A stretch of 64,000 nucleotides of DNA from Candidatus Omnitrophota bacterium (GTDB lineage: Bacteria > Omnitrophota > Gorgyraeia > Gygaellales > Profunditerraquicolaceae), in the NCBI GenBank assembly GCA_022710715.1, contig JAKLGJ010000001.1:618041-682040 (forward strand). The letters run 5' to 3'. Under the pieces are notes generated by a model, which was not told where the DNA came from, did no database searches, and saw nothing but the letters and a program-made list of their open reading frames with translations. Of the stretch, positions 57,932 to 64,000 are shown piece by piece. The number at the start of each line of letters is the position of its first letter. The first letter of the stretch is position 1. Position numbers and translations under genes: made by a program.

Positions 57932-59721
57932 AATAATTCTCCTTTAGCGAACGTCGCGTAGAGCGTGCGGAATTCCGCGGATTTCGCCGAAAGCTCATCG
58001 AGAGACCCCGACGCTTCGATCCGTCCTTCTTTCATCACGATCACCGCATCACAGTATTTCAGCGTGGTATAGCGGTGCGCGACAATGATCATTGTCATCT
58101 TCCCCATCAGGTTTTTAAGCGATTCGTTGAAACTGTTCTCGGTAACCGAGTCGAGAGAATTGGTAGCTTCGTCAAGGATCAGTATGGTCGGCTCACGATA
58201 AAGCGCCCGGGCAATACCGATCCGCTGGCGCTGCCCGCCGGAAATGCGCACGCCCTTATCCCCGATCTCGGTTTGCAGCCCCAGCGGCAAAGAAGCGATG
58301 AATTCGGTGAGCTGGGCAATACGTACGGCTTTCTCCATGCGTTGGGCATCAACCTCTGCCCCGAAAGCAATGTTGACCGCAATCGTATCATCGAGCAAAA
58401 ATGTCTGCTGGGGCACGTAGCCGACTATAGAGTGAAAATCGTTAAGGTTCGCTTCTTCCAGCACCTTGGCATCGCAGACAATCCGGCCGCTGGAAACAGG
58501 CAGAAGCCCCAGCAGAACATCGACAAAAGTGCTTTTACCTGCGCCGGAACTTCCGATTATCCCGAGCGAACTGTTCTTGCCGATACGCAGGGATATATCG
58601 CACAGCGCCTTGCGGTGTGCACCGGGATAAAGAAAATCGATATGCTCCAGAGCAATACTCTTATCGAACGAGAACCGGTGCCGGCCCGCTGCGGCACTAC
58701 TGCTGCCGCGTTTGCTCTGGCGCAGAGCGCTGCTGATAATCTCCACTCCAGGCGCATATTTCTTGATCATGCCGATAGAATTGAATATTTTGTCTGCGGA
58801 GGGCAGGAACTTCTGCACCGTGAGCGCAAGCAGGCTGATCACCGGCAGCGCCGATGCAATACTGCCGCGCGACGCAAGCAGATACAGCAGGGTCAAGAGC
58901 AGCAAAGCGAAAGCGCCGAGATTCAGGATCATTCCGGGCAAACCGGCGATCATCTTCAGCCGTACGCCCAGGCGCGAGCCGATGGTAAGCGCCGATTCGA
59001 ACTTCGACATAAAATACCCTTCGGAATGACAAACCTTGATGTCCTTGAATCCCCCCAGTATCTCATACGTGGATTTGAACATCTTCCGGCTGCATAATTC
59101 GCTTTCCCTGCCGATGGCAGAAATGCGTTTACGCGTCGTACTGATGATACCGAAGGTCAACAGGCTGATGCTCAAAGAAACCAGCAGCACCAGCACCGGA
59201 TCCACCACCAGCAGCAAGAGCACCAGCGTCAGAGACACGATGCTTTCAGTCAAGAGGTTAAGGAACGTGCTGATGCTCGAGACCACGTTCGAAACCTCTT
59301 CCAACAGGTGTTTAGTCAGGACTGCGGTGTTGACGGAGAGGAATTCAACGTAGGGCATGCGCACGTATCCTCCCAACAGCTCCATGGAAAGACGGTTGCG
59401 CAGATGAGCGGTAAACAGGCTCTGAAAATAAAGGTTCGCCGCCGATACCAGACCTCGTACAACCAGCACCACGAAAACGCCGCTTCCCAGAAACAGGAAA
59501 AAGTGGCGCTGCGACGTAAAATGCAGACCGGAGTAGATCCGCGCGAGCAGCCGGTTGCGCTGGATCAGTTCCGGATCGGTCAGCAGAGTGATATAGGAAA
59601 AAATCGAACTGAATCCTGCGAGTTCCAGCAGCGCCAGCAGGATCATCAGCAGCATCAGCCCCAGGAACATTTTCTTTTCCCGGGCGCTCAAAAACGAAAA
59701 AATGAATTTTATCAGTGCCAT
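57928..59721 (-). CDS. ABC exporter, fused permease-ATPase (MsbA/type I exporter-like)
   Basis: Six N-terminal TM segments; Walker A GSSGAGKST, signature LSGGQRQRIGIARAL, Walker B ILILDEAT; 597 aa. Confidence 0.9.
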   Translation of the reverse strand: MALIKFIFSFLSAREKKMFLGLMLLMILLALLELAGFSSIFSYITLLTDPELIQRNRLLARIYSGLHFTSQRHFFLFLGSGVFVVLVVRGLVSAANLYFQSLFTAHLRNRLSMELLGGYVRMPYVEFLSVNTAVLTKHLLEEVSNVVSSISTFLNLLTESIVSLTLVLLLLVVDPVLVLLVSLSISLLTFGIISTTRKRISAIGRESELCSRKMFKSTYEILGGFKDIKVCHSEGYFMSKFESALTIGSRLGVRLKMIAGLPGMILNLGAFALLLLTLLYLLASRGSIASALPVISLLALTVQKFLPSADKIFNSIGMIKKYAPGVEIISSALRQSKRGSSSAAAGRHRFSFDKSIALEHIDFLYPGAHRKALCDISLRIGKNSSLGIIGSSGAGKSTFVDVLLGLLPVSSGRIVCDAKVLEEANLNDFHSIVGYVPQQTFLLDDTIAVNIAFGAEVDAQRMEKAVRIAQLTEFIASLPLGLQTEIGDKGVRISGGQRQRIGIARALYREPTILILDEATNSLDSVTENSFNESLKNLMGKMTMIIVAHRYTTLKYCDAVIVMKEGRIEASGSLDELSAKSAEFRTLYATFAKGELL

Positions 59722-59724
59722 AGG

Positions 59725-61263
59725 TTAATACTCGAATTGGCTGTTGGTAAAACGATTAACCAGATCATAGGTATAGCTGTAGCTTTCTTTGCGGAAATAC
59801 GCGTGCACTTCATCCTTGTCGAACACCGCCCGATTATTCTCGTCCATGCGGCAGACGAACATCCGCACCCGCCGGAGGAACTGCTCACGCACATCTTCGG
59901 ATAACAGGTACGGATGCGGGGTGAACAGGATCACGGGTTTATCGGTTTTCATCACCTCGACCAATGACCCGCCGGTAATGTTCTCGGACACGAATGCATC
60001 CGCGGCGCAACCCCGGCGCAGCATTTCGGTAAGGGGCGTATCCATGATCTCGACGGAACCTCCGAACATTTGCGAAAAGAATGCGGTTTGCTGCTTCAGG
60101 GCCCGCGATTTCCGGTGAAATTTCACCACGACCTTCAGCCCGCAGGCCAGAAGTTCTTTGACGATCCTGACTTCCAGATCGAACCGCTGGATCTCCGAGA
60201 GCAAACCGACGAAAGTGCGATCCCCGCTGAAACTGCCCGACAGGAACATCACCCGGCGGATACGGCCGTAACTGCCGGATCCTGTACGGTGCGCGCCGTT
60301 ATCGGGAAGGACTTCCAGCGAAGCAGTCGGTTGCCTCTTCAGCGCTGCCGCCTGCCGCTCCCGCCCGATCCGCTCTGCCTGCGTGTAACAGAAGAATGTG
60401 GACGCGGTAAGCTGCTCAACCAGCCAGTAACCGGGAAAATCCACCCAGAAAAAACCGCCGCCGTGGGGAAATGCGCACACCGTGCCGCCCTGCGATTTCA
60501 CCGCGGTGGAAACGACTCGGGTCGAAAAAGCCCCCTGGGTGGCGGTATACAGCCTGCGCACCCTGCCGGTCAAAGACTTTTGTTTCAATACGCCGATCGT
60601 GCCGGCGATGAACGCGACGCTGTAGTCGATAAAATCCTTGAGATGCTTTTGCGCTTCGTCGGAGACGGTCATCGGCATCGCTGCGTCGCGGAAATAACCG
60701 AATATCTTTCCACCCAACACCGGCTTGACCGCCACGGGAGCCTCGAAACGGTCAAAAGGCGAAAACCAGTCATAGGTTTTGCTCCGGAAGAACCGGACGC
60801 CGTTCATTTTTAGATACGATTCGACGGTAATATTGGAATTAAGCAATACCTGCTGCGTCGGTCTCCACAGCAATTTTCTGATCGCGTACTTGGCCAGGGT
60901 TTTCGGGTCGGCGTAGGATACGGGCCGCTTGACAAAGAAACGGGCGTCCAGGCGCGTGCCGTTGATCAGCCACGAATAGAAATCTATCGGGCTGGGCGTA
61001 TACTTATCTATGCGCTCGCCGCGTTGTTTGAAACCGTCGATCACCCTTTGCGACATATACACGGTAAAAAAGTACAAAATCAGATACGGGACGAACACCC
61101 TGATGATCTCTTCCTGCAACTGGTCGGTCTCGTTATCGATCAGAGCGATCCCTGCGGCGACCAACCGGTCATAGAGCAGGTCTTTCTCCGGTTCCGCTAC
61201 GGGCCAGAAAAAGCTTTTTTCAAAAAAAGACGGGTCATTAACCGACGCCAGATTGATGAACAT
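59725..61263 (-). CDS. Hypothetical protein, possible GT-B-like capsule-synthesis/TagF-like transferase
   Basis: About 513 aa. The C-terminal region (FPHGGGFF...ENITGGSLVEVMKTDKPVILF) resembles the tail of KpsC/KpsS/TagF-type transferases, but this is not a confident assignment. Confidence 0.35.
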   Translation of the reverse strand: MFINLASVNDPSFFEKSFFWPVAEPEKDLLYDRLVAAGIALIDNETDQLQEEIIRVFVPYLILYFFTVYMSQRVIDGFKQRGERIDKYTPSPIDFYSWLINGTRLDARFFVKRPVSYADPKTLAKYAIRKLLWRPTQQVLLNSNITVESYLKMNGVRFFRSKTYDWFSPFDRFEAPVAVKPVLGGKIFGYFRDAAMPMTVSDEAQKHLKDFIDYSVAFIAGTIGVLKQKSLTGRVRRLYTATQGAFSTRVVSTAVKSQGGTVCAFPHGGGFFWVDFPGYWLVEQLTASTFFCYTQAERIGRERQAAALKRQPTASLEVLPDNGAHRTGSGSYGRIRRVMFLSGSFSGDRTFVGLLSEIQRFDLEVRIVKELLACGLKVVVKFHRKSRALKQQTAFFSQMFGGSVEIMDTPLTEMLRRGCAADAFVSENITGGSLVEVMKTDKPVILFTPHPYLLSEDVREQFLRRVRMFVCRMDENNRAVFDKDEVHAYFRKESYSYTYDLVNRFTNSQFEY

Positions 61264-61265
61264 AT

Positions 61266-62423
61266 TCAGGACACCCGGTGCAGCAGCTTCCACTCGCCGT
61301 CGACCTTCTCCCACAGATGCGGCGAACGCCAGCTGTCGATCACTTCGTTAAAATAGTCTTCGGTAATGTCGCAATACTCGAGGAATTCCTTAAAATGCCG
61401 TTTGGGAAATTCTCCGTCGTATTTCTGGACGAGCTTCACCCCTTCCTCCCGGGTCAGATGACCGTCCCGGATCTCGTGCGCGGAATCGCTGGTCGCCCTG
61501 CCGATACCGAATTTGATAAAAGCCAGATAATAATGGTACCCGTCGGTTTTATCGTCAAGCGAAGCATATTTGGAATAGGTTCCCTCCGACCGGACCGGAT
61601 TGGCGACAAAACCGGTGTTCTTGGAGCAATAATAGTAATTCTCCTGGGGCGTCCACTTCTTGTAATAACCGTAGAACGTGATCTGATTCTTGAACACTTC
61701 CATCTCTTTGACGCCGGGCGGCAGGTACGGCTGCAGGTCCGCCTCGCTGATCCCGTATTTGACCAGGTCTTCCGGCCCCAGACCGGAGAACCCGAACTTC
61801 TTCTGGTCGGCCACCGGACGCGTGGGCGTGAACGCGCTCTTCATATCCCCGCCGTACTCGCCCTCGGCGTTCTCTCCGTACATCACTACGGGAATATCGA
61901 ACTTTGCCGCGATGCGCAGCGGGAAATTGGTCTGACCGTAAATGAACGGCTGGAACGGATCGCCGAGGATCTCGAAAGCGAGCTTCGTCAGCTTGCGGTG
62001 TATCCTGCCGTTGGGGGTGCCCAGGATATTGTCCAGGCCGCCCACCTGGCACATCGCCTGGAAATTCCTGAAACCGATATCGGTATACAGATGCGGGGCC
62101 CAAGTGACGGTGAGCACATTCATCCCGTAGTTGTATTTCAGGTCATGCGCGATAAAACCCGAGTCCTTGCCGCCGCTGGCAGCGACGAGCACTTCATAAC
62201 CGCCGTCTTTGCGTTTGAGTTTGCTCAACATCTCGCGCAGCTCGGCTTCGCGCTGGTTCCAGTCTATCCGGGTCTTCTTGATATCCGCGAACAGACACGC
62301 GGAACATACCCCTTCCTCATTGAAAGTGATCCGCGGCCGCTGGTTGGAAATAGTGCAGCGTTTGCAGTATTTAACCTCCCGCGGAAGATTGTACAGCTTG
62401 ATCACGTCCTTCTTCTCGACCAT
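61266..62423 (-). CDS. N-acetyl-sugar amidotransferase (WbpG/PseA/WbuX family PP-loop ATPase)
   Basis: N-terminal CKRC...CSAC zinc ribbon; SGGKDS PP-loop; 385 aa. Sits directly downstream of the HisH/HisF-like pair. Confidence 0.8.
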   Translation of the reverse strand: MVEKKDVIKLYNLPREVKYCKRCTISNQRPRITFNEEGVCSACLFADIKKTRIDWNQREAELREMLSKLKRKDGGYEVLVAASGGKDSGFIAHDLKYNYGMNVLTVTWAPHLYTDIGFRNFQAMCQVGGLDNILGTPNGRIHRKLTKLAFEILGDPFQPFIYGQTNFPLRIAAKFDIPVVMYGENAEGEYGGDMKSAFTPTRPVADQKKFGFSGLGPEDLVKYGISEADLQPYLPPGVKEMEVFKNQITFYGYYKKWTPQENYYYCSKNTGFVANPVRSEGTYSKYASLDDKTDGYHYYLAFIKFGIGRATSDSAHEIRDGHLTREEGVKLVQKYDGEFPKRHFKEFLEYCDITEDYFNEVIDSWRSPHLWEKVDGEWKLLHRVS

Positions 62424-63090
62424 GCAGTCCTCCTTTAACGATCTCGTCTTTGAAATTCCGATAAATGCGCAGCCCCATGCCGGCGCTTTTCTCCGGATGG
62501 AATTGAAAAGCCGTCACCGCGCCCTTCCTTAAAGCGCTGCAAAAAGCGGCACCTCCGTAAACCGATTGCAGGATACTCACGTTTTCCTGCGTCTGAACAT
62601 AATAGGAATGCACGAAATACATATATCCGCGGTCGGGTATCCCGTTCAGGATCGGATCGACGCCTGTTTTTCCCTCGGGCAGAAAAACCCTGGACCAGCC
62701 CACATGAGGAATGCGCACTTTTTGTCCGGCAGCATCGACGCCGGGAAAACGCCTGACTGCGCCCCGGACAATACCCAGTCCCCGGGAAGCGCCGAACTCA
62801 TCGCTGGAATCCAGAAGCAACTGCATGCCCAGACAGATACCCATCAGCGGCTTACCCTGCGCGATAAAAGACTTGATCCCGGATACCAGGCCGCGCGCCT
62901 CGAGTTCGGTCATGGCATATCCGAAAGCGCCTACGCCCGGCAGGATCGCGCCCGCGGCATTCGAGAGTACCCGGGGATCGGAAGTGATCACCGCCTTCAG
63001 GCCGACGCCTGCGCAGGCCTGCATCACGCTGAATAAATTACTCATGCCATAGTCGATTACGGCTATGTAGCCGCCGGCAGGTTCTATCAT
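62371..63090 (-). CDS. HisH-like glutamine amidotransferase subunit (WbuY-like)
   Basis: IAVIDYGMSNLFSV, catalytic GICLGMQLL, class I GATase fold. Start at 63090 overlaps the HisF-like stop (ATGA). Confidence 0.85.
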   Translation of the reverse strand: MIEPAGGYIAVIDYGMSNLFSVMQACAGVGLKAVITSDPRVLSNAAGAILPGVGAFGYAMTELEARGLVSGIKSFIAQGKPLMGICLGMQLLLDSSDEFGASRGLGIVRGAVRRFPGVDAAGQKVRIPHVGWSRVFLPEGKTGVDPILNGIPDRGYMYFVHSYYVQTQENVSILQSVYGGAAFCSALRKGAVTAFQFHPEKSAGMGLRIYRNFKDEIVKGGLHGREEGRDQAVQSSAGG

Positions 63091-63971
63091 CTTGGAAGAG
63101 ACTCCTCCCCGGCGGTGCAACGCACCTCCAAACCGGCGGCCTCCAGGCATTCTTTGATCTGCCCAATGGAAGCGCAGGGATTGGTCGCAATCCTGTTCAC
63201 GCTGGCTAAAAATTCGCGGTTACCTTCACGGTTCGAAGACACTTCTATGGTATCGATATAATGCTGTACGAAATGGTAATGCAGCAATGAAGCCACGGCC
63301 ACGGCGTCGGCATGCCCGTCCTGTACTGCCGCGACGGCGTCGAGCGGCCGGCCGGCGCCTCCGCAGGCGATGACCGGAATGGAGACGGCGTCCGTTACCA
63401 TCCTGACCAATTCCAGATCGAATCCCGACCCCGTGCCCTCGCGATCCACGGAAGTCACCAGCAATTCGCCGGCTCCCAGTTGTTCCGCCCGGCGCGCCCA
63501 CTGCAGGACTTCCAGACCGGTATATTCCCTGCCGTTGTCCGTATAGGCCAGGTAAGCGCCATCCAGCTGTTTGATCGCTTCGATGGAAATAACCACGGTC
63601 GAAGAGCCGAATTCCCGCGCCGCCCTGGTGATCAGGGCGGGCTCGTTGATGGCCGCGGTGTTGAATGCCACCCGGTCGGCGCCCGCTCGCAGCACTGCCC
63701 GCATATCCGCGATGCTCCTCAACCCGCCGCCGACCGTCAAAGGGATGAAGGTTTCTTTCGCGGTTTTGGCGATAATATCGTGGAGGCTGTTACGGTTATA
63801 CAGGCTGGCCACGATATCCATATAGAGCAGCTCGTCCGCGCCGTTCTCATAATAATACCTGGCGAACTGCTCCGGCGTACCCAGCACCCGCAGCCCTTCC
63901 AGATGAATACCTTTGACCAGATTAGGCCCTTTTATATCCAGCCGGGGGATGATCCTTATGCAATGCGACAT
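63087..63971 (-). CDS. HisF-like cyclase subunit (WbuZ-like)
   Basis: (beta/alpha)8 HisF signature LDIKGPNLVKG...VGGGLRS...VSVDREGTGSGFD...IACGGAG. Confidence 0.85.
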   Translation of the reverse strand: MSHCIRIIPRLDIKGPNLVKGIHLEGLRVLGTPEQFARYYYENGADELLYMDIVASLYNRNSLHDIIAKTAKETFIPLTVGGGLRSIADMRAVLRAGADRVAFNTAAINEPALITRAAREFGSSTVVISIEAIKQLDGAYLAYTDNGREYTGLEVLQWARRAEQLGAGELLVTSVDREGTGSGFDLELVRMVTDAVSIPVIACGGAGRPLDAVAAVQDGHADAVAVASLLHYHFVQHYIDTIEVSSNREGNREFLASVNRIATNPCASIGQIKECLEAAGLEVRCTAGEESLPR

Positions 63972-64000
63972 AACCGTATGATCCTTTGTTTTCTTCCATC

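Noticed and set aside
1-64000. Search for CRISPR arrays, tandem repeats, tRNA or rRNA, transposases or integrases
   Set aside because: No periodic direct repeats with spacers, no cloverleaf-like sequence in the few intergenic gaps, and no transposase or integrase-like translation in any frame examined. Repetition is limited to gene paralogy (AsnB-like, GT2, GT4, GalT-like pairs).

Overview
Every confident gene in this 64-kb, high-GC window lies on the minus strand. Many neighbours overlap by 4 nt (stop TGA inside start ATG), and four such junctions were checked by eye at 9731-9734, 11793-11796, 32970-32973 and 63087-63090. The low-coordinate end holds housekeeping genes: a partial membrane-anchored spermidine-synthase-like gene, gap followed by a clear intrinsic terminator, a tandem pair of GalT-like HIT genes behind a near-consensus sigma70 promoter, fmt, a PriA whose ATPase motifs are all degenerate, a GT28 glycolipid synthase-like gene and gmhB. 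From about 8.9 kb to the window end runs one unidirectional glycan-biosynthesis supercluster of about 55 kb that looks like an LPS core plus O-antigen locus (heptosyltransferase, WaaL-like ligase, Wzy-like polymerase, WbaP/PglC-type initiating transferase, CapD/WbpM dehydratase, MsbA-like ABC exporter). Several nucleotide-sugar pathways are interleaved in it: dTDP (RmlA, RmlB, two RmlD-like, cupin isomerase/epimerase-like), CDP-3,6-dideoxyhexose (DdhA, DdhB, E1-like DdhC), a UDP-2,3-diacetamido-uronate-type module (WbpB/WbpE/WbpD-like), an acetamidino trio (WbpG/HisH/HisF-like) and WecB. Around these sit at least 11 glycosyltransferases (GT2, GT4, GT9) and a heavy decoration toolkit: a NodU-type carbamoyltransferase, three AsnB-type amidotransferases (two tandem copies lack the N-terminal Cys), a B12-binding radical SAM enzyme, class I, TylC3-like and FkbM methyltransferases, an acetyltransferase and an LhgO-like flavoenzyme. 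No rRNA, tRNA, CRISPR array or transposase/integrase was recognised. All plus-strand ORFs in the track lie antisense inside minus-strand genes and are treated as high-GC artefacts. The best candidate for something undescribed is the decoration module at 31.5-36.7 kb (B12 radical SAM fused by ATGA overlap to a full AsnB, plus two methyltransferases), together with the Cys-less AsnB tandem and two family-less proteins beside the ABC exporter. These would imply an unusually modified sugar that database-free reading cannot name, and all of it is inference from motifs.
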